This document shows positions 27,165-41,059 of a stretch of 64,000 nucleotides of DNA, piece by piece (the stretch's first letter is position 1; the number at the start of each line of letters is the position of its first letter). The translations under genes were made by a program, and so were the position numbers. Under the pieces are notes generated by a model. That model ran no database searches. It saw only the letters and a list, made by a program, of their open reading frames with translations, and was not told the origin of the DNA. Source of the stretch: Lama guanicoe (Eukaryota); assembly GCA_013239625.1 (NCBI GenBank), contig MU053645.1, positions 248,001 to 312,000 of the forward strand, given 5' to 3'.

Positions 27165-27549
27165 TTCTTTTCTCCTTTGTAATTTTGGTGGCTAACCAGT
27201 AAAAATTCTCTTGTATTTAATAGAAGGTAGTCAATGATGACATTTATGTATTACCATATTCAAAACTAGCTCTTGAGTAATCCATTTTACAGTTAAGGTG
27301 AAACTACAGTAGAGACTAATTTACTATAACAAAGACCCAAGTATAATTATTTTCAAAACTAGAAACCACTCACTTTTTCTTCCTTGATGGCAAAACTCTT
27401 TCAATAACTATTTTACAGCAAATAAGCATAGTTTGTATCTTATCACTTTCATTTTGTGTGAAGCTCATATCTAAACCAAATTCATGGCAGGCATCATAAA
27501 ATTTGCTAATTATATGAAAATAACTTAAATAAACCCTTATGTCTATATT

Positions 27550-28690
27550 TATGGACAAATGGTTGCTGACAAGAGTGTCAAGACAATTATGGAGAAGTAA
27601 TACGTCTTTTTAACAAATGGTGTTCAGATAACCTGCAAAAGAATGATGCTGTACACCTCCTTCATACCATATTCAAAAATTAACTTGCAGTGGAACAGTT
27701 ACCTAAATATAAGTGCCATAACTATAACAATCTTAGAAGAGAACATAGGAATAAATCTTTGTGACATTGGATTAGGTAATGGTTTTTTAGAGCAACAAAA
27801 GAAGATATAGATAAATTAGAGTTCATCAAAATTAAATGAAAAGAAACCCAACAGAATGGGAGAACATATTTGCAAATCATATATCTGATCAGGGATTTAT
27901 ACCAGCAAAAGGATTTGAACAGACATTTACCCAAGGAAGATACACAAGTGGTCAATAAGCACATTAGAATATACTCAACATCATTAGTCATTAGGGAAAT
28001 GCAAATCGAAGCCACAATGAGATACTGCTCCATACCCACAAGGATGGATATAATAATTTTTTTTAAAAGAGTGTTGGTGAGGTTGCAAAGAAATTAGAAG
28101 TTTCATACTTCTACTACTAATGAGCATGAAAAATGGTGCAGCCATTGTGGAAAACAGTGTTGTGGTTCCTCAAAAGTCACATAGTTACCATGTGATCCAG
28201 CAATTCCATCACAAGGTATATAACCAATAGGAATGAAGACACATATCCATGCAAAAACTTGTACATGAATCATCACAGCGATGTTATTCATAATAGCCAA
28301 AAATGTTTAAACAATCCAAATCTCTATCAAAACTGAAGAATGAATAAACAAAATGTGGTAATACAATGAAATATTATTCAGCCATTAAAAAAGAATGGTG
28401 TACTGATTCACACTACAACATGATGACTGAAAATAGTTTGCTAAGTGAAAGTATCTGGTCACAAAGAGTAACATATTGTTTGATTCTATTTATGCAAAAT
28501 TTCCAGACTATGCAAATATTCTGAGACAGTATATTAGTGGTTGCCAGTGCCTGGGCAAAGGGGGAATGGAGAATGATTACTAATGGGTACAGGGTTTATT
28601 TTGCAGGTGGTAAAAATGTTCTGTAATTAGATAGTAGTCATGGTTGTACCCATTTGTGAATATAATAAAAAACACTTTTGAAAGGTGAAA
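27550..28690 (+). mobile_element. Old L1M ORF2 3' region plus 3' UTR
   Basis: ORF 27870..28097 contains DLNRHLPKEDTQVVNKHIRIYSTSLVIREMQIEATMRY, a degenerate L1 ORF2 C-terminal segment. Confidence 0.9.
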
Positions 28691-28879
28691 GTTATATTAA
28701 TTTTATTTTCATTTTAAATAGCAGCTTTATTGAGATAAACAATGACTGTGGGAACATTAAGTGTAAATTTCCTCTAGCCTCAACAGAACAATTTAGCAAA
28801 ATAAACAGCTTAACAATAATTACTAATACATTAAAGGGAAACAATTATATGTTTACTTTCTTTGGACAGTGAAGCAAAG

Positions 28880-29110
28880 CTCTGGTATGGTAGAAAAAGT
28901 ATGGTGGTCTTTGAATTTCAGATGTTTACTATTATCTAATTATATGACCAACTGTTAGGCAAGTTACCTGACCTCTCTGAATCTCAGTTTCTTCATCTGT
29001 AAAATAGGAATGATGATACCTTTCTCACAGGAATGTTTTGGAGATCAAAATAAATAACATACATGAAAGGAGTAGCACAGTGTCTGACATAAAGTAAGCA
29101 CTAAAAAGTA
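28880..29110 (+). mobile_element. MIR SINE
   Basis: GGCAAGTTACCTGACCTCTCTGAATCTCAGTTTCTTCATCTGTAAAATAGGAATGATGATACC is the MIR core. Confidence 0.88.
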
Positions 29111-29437
29111 TGAAACCAAACAGAACTAGTTCATTCAATGCAACGTGCTGGATTTGAGCTTTAAAAACAAATTAAGTCAAGGGCTTCACCTTCAAGAGGT
29201 TCAGGGTCAACTAGGCTATTAAAAATTACCATCAACCAGTTTTATTATTCTTTCCAAGTTTTCTGTGTAGCAAGGGCTACCCAACTACACAGTTATACCC
29301 TCAGAAGATTTCTGCACCCTCCCAAACCCCACTGTCACACATATGATTATGGAATCATCAAATACATTAGTGCAAAAATTCTACTTGTGCATGTTGTTGT
29401 TAAGTGAACACTGTAAAGCAGTTATTTCTCAGTGGAG

Positions 29438-29440
<3 letters not shown>

Positions 29441-29494
<54 letters not shown>
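29441..29494. repeat. (TA)n(CA)n compound microsatellite
   Basis: Direct reading. Confidence 0.95.
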
Positions 29495-30801
29495 TTTTTC
29501 AAAGTATTTTACAGTAGGAGCCTGGCTTCCATGCACTCTGTCAAGGAGCACATTCCAGTGTGTTTCTGAGATACGTGCAGATTTCTCAGTTGCTGCTGTT
29601 CTCTAGGTTCAAGCCACATTTTATCTTAACCACATCCTTATTGGGTTATGAATCACTAAAAGTATGCTGATACTGGCTATATACAATTGTTTGACAAGTC
29701 ACTGACATAAAAGTACTCTAATGTATCACTGGAGAATCTTATCTGGCAGATTTCATTTATAGATGCTCTTTATAGGTTGAAGACAACCAAGCTCAACCAG
29801 AGAACATGGTTTGCCTTGGCACCTCTTATTCCTTTATCAAAATCCTTATCTTATCAAGTTTACTATTTTAATAGGTCTATTTGTGCTTGGAAATGGAAAT
29901 CAGATCTCCCAAACATAATCAGGTTATATTACAGCACATAGCAATATTGCTCAATGAATTACTCTTTCACATTCTACATGGATGCAATCAGTAATACAGG
30001 TTTTTCTTACTTCTCTAACTGAAAGAGAGCTTTTTGACCAAGTGATTACAGGAAAGCAAGACAGTAAAATATTCATAAAATAATACCTACTCCTCTTACA
30101 GGCAATCTTTACTCTTCTGAGTATAATTCTCTTACATGGAGAATAACTGTTAATTCACTTTCCCTCTTCCCTGACTAGCACAAAAAAAAATCCCCAGAAA
30201 TTAATGAAAGTGAAAACAATCCTAAAACTATAAAACTGATAACAGTCTTTACTTTTTTTACACTGGCCAAAATGTCTTGAATCAACTAGATTCTGATTTC
30301 GGCAACCTGATACATCACTTCAACCCAGGTGGCTCCATCTTGACCCAGACACTACTATAGGCGAACAGATGTTTCTCAAATTTCACATGACATTATCCAT
30401 TCCACCTGTTTTTGTGACAGATGATTTACTTTCTGACACTTAAACAAATCTCTCTAACTGCTCCTCCGACCCTCCCCCCAAATCAGGTCACCTCAACAGA
30501 GAATTACCTGACCTTAATGAGATTCTAGTCCAACCCCTTAAGTTTATAGAGGCAGAAACAACCTCCAAAAGGGGAAAGTAAACTTAGTGGTGTCACTTGG
30601 AGGAGGGGTGTAGCCAGCGGGGTGACTGAGCCTGATATTATGCTTCTGTGGTCTCATTCTTGGTGCTTTTCTATAACTACAGTTTTATCTCTATAGCATT
30701 TTGGATATCTATCCATTCACTCATCCACATATCTTTTAAGTCCCTCCCTTTCAAATACCAAGAAGAAAAAATTGGAGATGGAGCACATTTTGGAGGGTTG
30801 G

Positions 30802-30930
30802 GTTTATTGAAGTGTAATTTACATTAGTAAAATTTACCTTTTTTGGTGTATATTTCTATGTGTTTTGACTCATGTAACCACCACCACAATCAAGATATAG
30901 AATAGTTTCATTATCCCAGGAAATTCCCTT
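30802..30930 (-). mobile_element. Old L1M 3' terminal fragment
   Basis: TTTATTGAAGTGTAATTTACA...TGTAACCACCACCACAATCAAGATATAGAATAGTTTCATTATCCCAG. Confidence 0.75.
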
Positions 30931-32044
30931 GGGTGGCACTTTATTCTTAACTGTATTGACAGTGCTGATAATGAACTTAGCAGCTAATGGAAAGTTCTGT
31001 TTGACTAAATGTTTAGCTTAACTGTGAGCTAAGCAATAAACACTTTTTGTTCCACTTTTGCTGCAAAGCTTTCTAAAATACCAGAGTCCATTTGCTGCCT
31101 TACTAAGTAGAAAAGAGTAAGGCAGGAGATATAGACCAATTTACTTGTTCAATTAGGGTTCTTCAGGTGACAAGCCTGAGAGGTTTTCTACCAAATCGAA
31201 AGGAAGGAAGGGAGGGAGGGAGAGAGGGAGGGAGTAAGGAGCAACAAAAGAGAAAGGAGAGATGGCAAAGGAAATTTTATTTATTCACATATTTTGCAGA
31301 CAGTCTTGAAGATTGATATAGACAGAGGATTTGTGAAAACATGGTGAGTGTGTGCCCACCTACTAGGAAATGCCTGGAATTAGTTTTTTAAGCTTGTTTT
31401 GTTATTTTCCTCATTGCCCTACAAGTTATTTATGTAACAAAACCTCAGTAAATTAAGGCTCCCTTAAGTTAGGCTTAACCAATCAGGATATGGTTAGAAA
31501 AAAATTGTTTTCTTCTAAAAAATATAGTTTTCTGCAAATTGATATAAATGTCATCATGATTTTTGAGGTGTTTTTTCTTCTTTTTCTTTTTTGGCCTCAG
31601 ATGCCAGGAAATCGAGATCTTTACTTTTCAATTATATTAATTTCTTATCTTAGATTATTAGGAAAATTATCTTAATTCTTTTAGTTGTTTTCTGATCTTT
31701 CACCTTGATCTTAACAATGAATATTAATAGTATAAATAACCTCAAATTCTCTGAAAAAGGCAAGGTTTAATTTATAAATTACTTATATCTGGTTGCTTGG
31801 TAACTAGCTAAAGAGTAAAGTGGAACATGAACCTGTACCAACATTTTGCTTAACTCATAGCCTATATTTGTGTGGTTCTAATCAAAGATTATAGAATAAT
31901 ACTATTTTATTAATAGTAGATTAAAGCAATAAAAATAATTGTTTTAAAAAAGGAAACAAATCAATCTCAATTTCTTCAGTATGCTGGTTATTGTTTCACT
32001 ATTACTACAGGAAAAAGAGCCATTAGACTCAAATTAATAACAAC

Positions 32045-32285
32045 AATGAAAATAAAAATTTTAGATAACTTTGTATGCACCAGGTTCTGTTCTAAGAATT
32101 GTTACATACATAAATTCAGTTACTCCTCATTACTACCTTATGGAGTAAGTAGTAGTATACCCATTGTGCAGATGAGAAAATTGAGAGGTCACATACCCAA
32201 AATCACATAGGTACTTAAGTGGCAGAGCCAGAATAAGGATTCAAAAATCCAGATCTTATATTTTGAATGATTATACAATACTGTC
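32045..32285 (-). mobile_element. MIR SINE
   Basis: CCCATTGTGCAGATGAGAAAATTGAG...AAGTGGCAGAGCCAG. Confidence 0.8.
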
Positions 32286-34099
32286 TTTCACTATTTGTTG
32301 AGTCAAATAATTTTCTTAACTGAACCCTAGCAATCCTCTTACTGATCAAACCTATTTGATTCAGATTCTACTTGAAACAGCCTCATGTACATGAATAATT
32401 AAGTTTGGATGCTGCTGCATCTAACAAAATCAGGCCCTTTTATCTCCATAAGTGGTCCTGAGGTAACTTTTTCTGTCCCTAAATAGTCAGTGACCCTGTG
32501 GCACTGCTATCTTTAGCTTCATTTTTTTCTACTAAGAATGGCCTACAAGCACAATAAATATTGATGTTGTTCTCTACTGCTATTGCATCCATGAAGATTC
32601 TTAAACAACGAGCATGCACATTGGCAACATTGATGTAATGCTGTAACATTCAAATGTCATCAAACATCCAGATGTTTAGCATCTTATGTACATGAGCACT
32701 AACCCTAATCCTATGACATAATGGACTAAAATGAGATTGTCATGGCATTCCAGGAGCATTAGTGTTACTTTGTTACAGACTGTTTACATACCATTGAAGA
32801 TCAAGTGACAAAAGTTGAAAAATAAACACAATTCCAGAATTTGGAATTCCTTTAAGAACAAGAATTCCAGTGAGAGTTATTAGATACCTAGGTACTTCCT
32901 CAGCAGAGCTTTCTCATAAATTTCATGGTTGTCAAAATTTTTTAAAGCAACTATTAATGTATCTGCATAACACATTTAGATATATTTTCACAAGGTATCA
33001 ATTCAAGGCTTTGACAAACTGTCCAAAAGATTTCTTTTTAAAGAAGGATTTTTAATGTAGAAGCAACAAAAAAGTTATTACCACAAATTTTCCTTTCACG
33101 TGTGGTTGATAAAACTTGAAGAAAAATGGTAAATTTATTTTCATGGGTCAAATGGCTCACAGGAAAACTATAATGATTGTTAACTGACTAATAGCTATAG
33201 GGTGATTACTCATTCTAATCACCCTTAGTTTATTTATAAGATTTATTATTCCCTTAATGTTAGGTCCATTAGAGTGGTGTGAAAAAGTGAGGCCTGAACA
33301 AAGAAATGAGGCATGAGTTAATACCTTAATTATATATTTTATCTTCCACAAAAAATATAGTATCTATAGTGGTTTAGTGGATTTCCTGTTATCTTCTTTC
33401 CGTCAGTCAGAGCACAATTAACAAATACTACTGTCTCAGTAAAAAGTGAGCCATGAATATCTATAGATCTCTATTGCCAATAATTTCTCTTTGTTCTTTT
33501 GTTTTATAAGTTAAAGATCATCACTCAGGAGATAGTCAACCTGTTGAGATAATCAATTACGTATGCTGCAAATGCAGACTTATCTCCTAGCTAGAGGAGG
33601 TGAGAGGGTGTGAGGAGAAAGCTTCCAGAAACTCCCTCACCCCTAATCTTCTCAATCAGAATAATTTCATTGTCTTTCCCTCCTTCTCTCTCACATCCTC
33701 TGCTGTCATTCATAGCTCCCTTTATAGTACTTATGACAATATGTACTGTATTACAATTATTTCTGAATTCTCGCCTAGTTCAATTATGAAAGTATGTTTC
33801 CCCTTCTCCCAATTCTAGTTTTTACTTCTCCCTTGAGAATTCTGTACTTCCATTTTACCATTTGATATTGTGTCTTCCGTTGAATCAAAACTCTTTTTTA
33901 CCCTAGTTATTAAATCAAAGCACAGAAATGCCAACCTTGGGCCCTTTCCCCTTCCCCTCTGTTCAACAGCTTATATATTACCATGTGCACAGTTCATGAT
34001 TGATTCTGTTAGGAAGACAAACAGTATAATCCCTCCAGGTCACTAAGGCCTCTTAATTAAGATTTCGTTCTCAAGTGTAGATTCCTTTGTCCTGAAAGG

Positions 34100-34312
34100 T
34101 AGTAACTAACATTTACTGTGTACTTCTTAAGTAACAGGTACTGTATCCTGTGATGTAAGTATTAGCATCCTTATCCTTAATTTTACAGACGAGGAAACTG
34201 AGGCTTAGGTAGGTTAATTAATTTGCATAAGGTCATACAGAAAGCAGCAAAGTGAGTGTTAAAACCCAGGTCTGAGTGACTGCGAAGCTCATGCTTTCTG
34301 CTATACACTATG
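34100..34312 (-). mobile_element. MIR SINE
   Basis: TTTTACAGACGAGGAAACTGAGGCTTAGGTAGGTTAATTAATTTGCATAAGGTCATACAG. Confidence 0.88.
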
Positions 34313-35493
34313 CAGCTCCCAAAGGCAATCCAGGATTTATGTATTTAAAATAAGAATAAAGAGTGCTAATACAACTGAGGATTCCCTTGCAAATACTGAA
34401 ACTCAACCTCTGAGAGAGCAGGAGAACATTTATCATCTGATATGCACTCTTACCATGTTATGTACCAGACCATAGTGGACCTGGGTTTAGTCAAGTTGGG
34501 TGCAGGTTAAAAGAAACATGGGTGAAGTGTACTTTATTATCAAAAGTTTGGTGCTTCCTGTGACTCAAATGATTAAGTTTCATCTGAAGCCCATTAAGCA
34601 AATATAAAATTATATTCACGTGGCTTGCAGATGTTAGTGCTTCCCCAGTTTCTTACTAGGGATATATCAAACTTAGGCTGTCTTAAGGCTATTGTGTCTT
34701 GAATGAAATAGTCATATAGATAATCAAGACTTAATTTAGTCAAACAACTGGTTTGACAAAGTTTCTTTTTTATTATTAAATTGATTGACTATATTGACTG
34801 GAATAGACCAATCTGACCACAAAAACAACAGAAGTCCTAAAATCATCTGCAAAGTATCTCACTCTGTAAATCCTACCAGGAGAGGGGATCATACAGCTTC
34901 TCTCTATTACCATCCTCAACTTCTGCCCTTTCTGAGAACTCCTGCCCAGGTTTCCAGATCTGAAAATTCTGCAGAAACATTTAGTGAATTCTAACGCATC
35001 ATCACCGGGAAATTTACTGCAGAATGCTGCTATAGTACTCCAAACCATGGCACTAAGCTGCCACCATTAACTTGCCAAGAAAGAACTTTGCAAAGACATG
35101 CTACTCGACTATGTATTAAGATGTAAGGAACAAATTGCTTAAGTTTCCAGTTCACTAACGGGATACATATGCAAAGCAAGGAAAAGTAACTAATTCTATA
35201 ATCAAAACCAGGGCCACATGTATTTCTAAATTTTTAGGGATTTGTGTTGTGTGAGTAGAGGAGTCAGGAGATTTGCTTTTATCAATGCCCAAGGACATGC
35301 TTTCATAGTTTATAGTTTATTTTTATTGTGAAAAGACAGTCTCAAATACTTTCCTCAGTTAATAACCTCTAAGAACTTAATCTGAAGGATAATCTATATA
35401 AATGCATATGCCTGACGTGGGGACATAGTATGTGCAATACAGGGACAAAAGAGTACCTTCAAGAACAGTATATAACTAAGGAATGTTCTAAGG

Positions 35494-35690
35494 CAGTGGC
35501 TCTCCAGCTTGGTGCACGCATCAGAATTACCTAATCTTAACAAACAGACTGCCTACCCCACAACCAGCACTCCTTCCCCAGAGTTTCTGATTTAGTAGTT
35601 CTGAGGTGGCAACCAAGAATTTGGACTTCTAACAAGTTCCTGAGTAATACTGATGCCGCTGGTCCAGATGCCAAGCTTTGAGAACTACTG
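35494..35690 (-). mobile_element. MER5A
   Basis: Terminal inverted repeats CAGTGGCTCTC / GAGAACTACTG; CCCCAGAGTTTCTGATTTAGTAG core. Confidence 0.85.
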
Positions 35691-37592
35691 CATGAGTATT
35701 CACATGTGAAAGCAGAATCTGTGAATCAACAGCTCCAAAAGGTCATAAAATAAAGACTAAAGAGTCATTCCAAGGACCATGGCAACACTGTCTTGAACTT
35801 TACAGGAAGAAACTGGTAAACCAGAGGAGGAGAAAAAAAAAAGCTCATTTCATTACTCAGTTCATAGATTTGAAGTTCACAAGGGTGTAAAAGGGTATTC
35901 AAAACATTTTTTAGAATCACTATATTCAACTTTCCTTTGCCACCAAGACTGTTAAGGTCTTGGGGGTTTGGGGAGGTTTGAGCATATTTCCAGTAAATCC
36001 ATATTGACTAGATTTCAGTTCCGCTATATTATCTGCCAAAACTTCAGTACTGGCTTCTGGGCTCCCCTTAAAAAAGTGGTCCTCACTTATGCCACTTCAG
36101 CTGGCTTCCTTAATTAAAAACACTGGTGCTGCTCTAGGGAATAGATACTAACTTGGGAGCGGGGGGAGTAAGAAAGAGAGTTCATGTGCTTGGCTTGGTT
36201 TAAATTCTGCTGCTTAGATTTGATATGTGCTTTAATCCCTCTTTTATATGGCCAAATATAAAAAAAAAAAGAAAATGATAATAAAAAGTCCAAGACTCAA
36301 GTCATCTGACCAAAGAGCAATGAGATGATCCAAGAGCAGATGAATCAAAACCACATTTTTTAAGGGAACATAGTCTCTTAACTATATGTTGCTCAGAACG
36401 TCTGGACAAATGGGCTTCACTGATATCTGGAAAGAAAGAAAAAAGTCATAGTAGAATTCATGATTACAAATGTCTCCGAACTTCTTTTTAACTGAGACCA
36501 GAACGTTCACCATTTCACTATTTTTCAGTTAACTGAAAATAGCCAAATCTACCTGACCATTTTCCCAATCCCCTCTATACAGCCTTCAGCCTAGATCCCT
36601 ATGTTTCCATTTTCAGCTTTTGACAGGTTTTCTGAAAGATTTCTTTCACCCAAGAGTCAATGCCCCTATCTGCCAGAGGACTTAGTAGGACCCAGGACTC
36701 TGGCTGAGGGTCAAGTGAGCAAACAGAAAACGGCATTTGCAAAATGATTGAGAAAGTTGTTCTCCATTGCTCTAACATAGTTTAACTATTTTCTCTGAAT
36801 TGTCAAATAAAGTTGCTTTAAATATGCGTGCGTGCGTGTGTGTGTGAGTGAGAGAGAGTTTCCTCTTCACTGAATAGGCCAAATCAATCAGGTTTTAAAT
36901 ACTGTGTAACCTAAATGGTAGGGTTAAGTCCCTCCAGCCTTTCTCCTTTTGTTGCTTTGCATTTAAATGAACCAGGGTCAGTAGAGGGTCAATCTAAGCA
37001 AAAGAGACTTGAGCCTTAAGAGTGAAACAGGCTCCCTCCCTCAAGGGCAAATGGATAACCTCTGGCAAAGTGTATTTTGCCTTCATCCGCTGCCCCCGTT
37101 TCACTGGCTCCTCCCATATCACCCTTATGGCTCTCTCTTCTTACAGAGGTGTTACATCTGGCTTTGCTTTCCTTGGGAACAACTCCCCACGTTACAAAAC
37201 TCTACCTCTCCCCTCTCTCACAGCCATCAAAAATAATTTACCTGCCTTGTGTCTCATTTCCCTTGGGATTAGGGTGAGAACTAATCTCATCTGTGCTAAA
37301 GTGTTAATTAGTAGTTTAATGCATTACTTAATTTATAATATGCACATAAACAGGTGATTTCTGGTAAGAAGTCCAAAGGAATGACTCTAATAATGGGAAT
37401 TTCAAGGAATGTGGTAGGTTTGTCTGTGAGACATATATTTTGCCTAGGATACCTTTCCTGAAACTCATACCATACTGAGTCAAATCACTGCCCTCCCAGC
37501 ACATGTGCTTTAAGTTTTCCCACTTACAAAAAAAAGGACTAAAACCTCTCTGAGAATTCTAGTTTACACCTAGAATTTCAAGTTCACCTAGG

Positions 37593-37695
37593 CAGTGGTT
37601 CCCAATCAGAATCTCTTAGGGTAGGTCTTGAGTATTTGCATTTTCAAATGATTCCCCAGAGGATTTCCATGTGCTCCCCTGCCTGAGAACCATGG
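37593..37695 (-). mobile_element. Internally deleted MER5-family fragment
   Basis: CAGTGGTTCCCAA...TGAGAACCATGG termini. Confidence 0.5.
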
Positions 37696-38693
37696 AAATA
37701 CAGAAGTAAGGGCATTTTGCTCCATCAGAAGGCAGCAAGTCCTGGCCTTATATTGCTTTTGCTCACAGTGTTGCTGAAACACAGTTTCTCAGTTCATCTC
37801 AAATTATGGATTGCTCTGGAAAAAAAATGCAACATTGAAAATCCATAGGTATATATTCTTTCATTCATTCTCTGTCCCTCACTGCTTCTCACTCCCCTGC
37901 ATGTCAATTATGACTGGTTATTTGACCTGCTACAGGGCCATCCATATAAGGAACAATACAGAAAGACATTTTAAGGTGAGGCAGGCCAGGCCTTCACTTG
38001 ATTTCAGTGCTTTAAAATGTTCATCACCATCTAATATATCTGGGACAAATGAGTCAAAATATTAAATAATAATACAGAGCATACGGAGATAAGCATCATG
38101 CAAAGTGACTCTGGAAAGTCAACTAATCAGTTACTTTTACATTTCTCCAGATTCTCTTCAAAAATTTTAAAAAGACTTATAGCAGTCAACGTCATTTACC
38201 ACACTTAGAATTGTCAGTATCTAAAGAAAAAAATGAGAGGGGATGGAAAACAAAAACAAAAGAACTTGTCAAGGGAAAGAGATGTAGTAAAGTGGACTTG
38301 ATGTGAGCTAAAGATAAAGGATTCATCTTTCAGAGGCTAGAGTAACTAAAGCCTGTTTTATGAAATACTTCTTCTCCCTGCATTTTGATAAATACCAGTA
38401 AGCCTCCTTAATGTAAATAGAATAATATACTTTACTCCTGTCACTCAGAAGAGTCTGAAGGTACATTTTAAACTGTCATTTCTGAGTTAAAAAAGTTATA
38501 GTTTCCCTAGTATAGTAAGATAAAAGCTATAACTATAAACTTGAATTATCACAATTTTAATTATTCATAATCTGGTATGAGAGGGAAAAATGACTGATGA
38601 ATATTAAAATAACTTTTGTATTAAAGAAAGGCATTCCTATGTCAATACCTGCACCCTCAGTGGTAATAACATGTTAATAATGTTTTCAGTCTT

Positions 38694-38796
38694 TTTGTAT
38701 ATACATATTTTTATTGAAGTATAGTCTGTTTACAATGTTGTGTCAATTTATGGTGTACAGCCGGAAAGAGAAAGAAAAATACCATGTGATATAACT
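38694..38796 (-). mobile_element. Very short young L1 insertion with 5' inversion, 16-bp TSD
   Basis: Perfect TSD TAATGTTTTCAGTCTT at 38678-38693 and 38797-38812; L1 3' terminus joined to an inverted internal L1 piece. Confidence 0.9.
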
Positions 38797-39706
38797 TAAT
38801 GTTTTCAGTCTTAATGAAAGGCTTTTTGCATGTTCTCTCCTGGAGATAATAACAGATACACTGCATAATGGGTTTATTATCCGTTATTTTTGTAAAACTG
38901 CGGCTTAGAGATGTCAAGTGACCCACCTCCTGGTCACTCACCTCATCGAGTTAAATTCAGATCTGTGTGACACCAAAACACACACTCCCACTGTGGCATG
39001 GCAAGGGACTAGGCAGACTTGATTATACAAGGTTGGAAGCTGCATACTTCAAACATGTGTTGAAATAAGTGCATGAATTTTTAGCTTGCTAAGAATCTAT
39101 CCTATGAACCTAAACTGAAACCTTCCTGACCAGGGCTCTCATCAAAGGGATTAGTCTTTTAAATAGTATGTGTCTACTGTCTAGTTTTTTGAGAGAAGAG
39201 CTTTTCCTCTTGAAATTGTATAGCACAATATCGATAGCATGTCTAATTTATTTCTGTTCTGGTTGGTTTCAAAACCTATATTGTGTACCAGACGTTTTGC
39301 TGTTGAAAGATTTCACATAAAATTTATTCTTAAAAATAAAAGCCAGCTCTCACTGAAAAAAATTAATTGAATCCTTCTTAAGTATTTACTATTCAGAACA
39401 GGCACTTCATGAACGGCTAATTAATTTCTCACATAGCTTCTAATGTTTCCCATAAAACATACCATGTAATTTGGCTCTGTCAATTGACTGAAAAGATAAT
39501 TCTGTAATTCTCTCTGTCTTCATCAGAAAGGCTCTCTGAGATTGACTGGAGGAAAACAATAATGCTACTGAAACTGAAAGAATTGTGTACACTGGAGCCT
39601 CATCCTAAATACTCTTTGGGGGCTTGGTGGAACCACCTTCCAGGTTCTTGTTGATCCAACTGTATCATGTACTGAGGTGTTCCTTTTTGTACTTAACAAT
39701 CCTCAT

Positions 39707-39968
39707 ACAGTTTAATACAGCATAGTTAAAAGTGAGGGCTTTGCAGGCCAGAGAGATCTGGTTTCAAACCTGGCTTAGCTACTTATGGTATGACTTTAGA
39801 CAGGTTATTTAACGTCTCTATGCCTCAGTTTCATACAGAAAATGAGAATAAGATTTATACAAGCTACCTCGTGGGATTTCTATGAGGGTCAAATGAGTTA
39901 ATGCCTATAAAGTATGTAGAATAGCATCTGGTATATAGTAATCACTTAATGGTAACTTGAATTGTTAT
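39707..39968 (+). mobile_element. MIR SINE (near full length)
   Basis: ACAGCATAGTTAAAAG...GCCTCAGTTTC...AAATGAGTTAATGCCTATAAAG...TGGTATATAGTAA. Confidence 0.88.
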
Positions 39969-40902
39969 TGGCTAGGATTCAAGACTGGTTTATTTTGTAT
40001 CTATACATTACAGTGCATGACCTTCCCCATTACCTCCAGTACATTACTGTCCCTTTTGGAACTGCTTGAAATCTACAGAAGCATTCTTCCTTTGCAGATT
40101 ATCAGTTGTCCTTGAGGACATTCTCTGGGCCATCCTGAGGGAATTAGGAGCAGTGTGATATAATTGCTGGATTTAAACAGTTCTGTTGGCAGTCTGCGTC
40201 TGTTTTGCACTGTAGATCAATCATGCCATGCCCTATGTGTCCTTCTTTAAGGTAAAATTCCCTGTGTTACAGACAAAATTATTTAACTCACAACTCAGAG
40301 AAGAAATGGACCACATGCCATGGGGCTCTAAACAACACAAATGGTCTTCCTGTCAACAATCTGTAAATGGAAGCCAGTGATATCCTAGCTTGTGAAACTG
40401 AATAACCCAAGGTTGTTCACTGAAAAACAAACATCATTGACTGATATTGGTTGCAACCATACTAGGTGCTTAGGTCCACATTAGGTACAATAAAACAGGG
40501 GAGTAATTAATCAAGTCACCAGCCCAGAGCTCTCACACTTTTGGAGTAGGAGGAGAAAAATCATATTGATTCTGTTCTCCAACGCAGGGGACTGGACAGG
40601 CAAAATGTTCTCCTTGGCACGTCAAAGAGAAAACACTTCTTCCTCCGCCCCTCAGCACCTCAGCAAGTAAGAGAAACTTACACACTTGTACTCAGTGGCC
40701 CCTACAGCTACCAGCAAAGCAGCTCTGCTATGGAGCTTGAAAGCAGCATCTAACATTTGCCAGAAGAAGCAAGGAGGAGCAGCAGCTGTTCTAGGACCAG
40801 AATATGACCTCTTCCTCACCCTTTGGCAGCTTCTTAGATAGGCTGAACCGGCATTCTCTAATATACCACAGCAGGTGGGAGAGACACTCTTCCACTTCTT
40901 TC

Positions 40903-40996
40903 CTTTTTTTTTTAAATTGAAGGATAGTCAGTTACATTGTGTCCATTTCTAGTGTACAGCACAGTGTTCCAGTCATACATATATTCGTTTTCATAT
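40903..40996 (-). mobile_element. Short young L1 3' terminal fragment
   Basis: Poly-T then TTGAAGGATAGTCAGTTACATTGTGTCCATTTCTAGTGTACAGC; imperfect flanking repeat ACTTCTTTC / ACTTATTTC. Confidence 0.8.
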
Positions 40997-41059
40997 ACTT
41001 ATTTCTTAACACAGAGTTGCTAGATGTCAAATCTGTGACCCAGGTAAAGCTGTTCTCAA

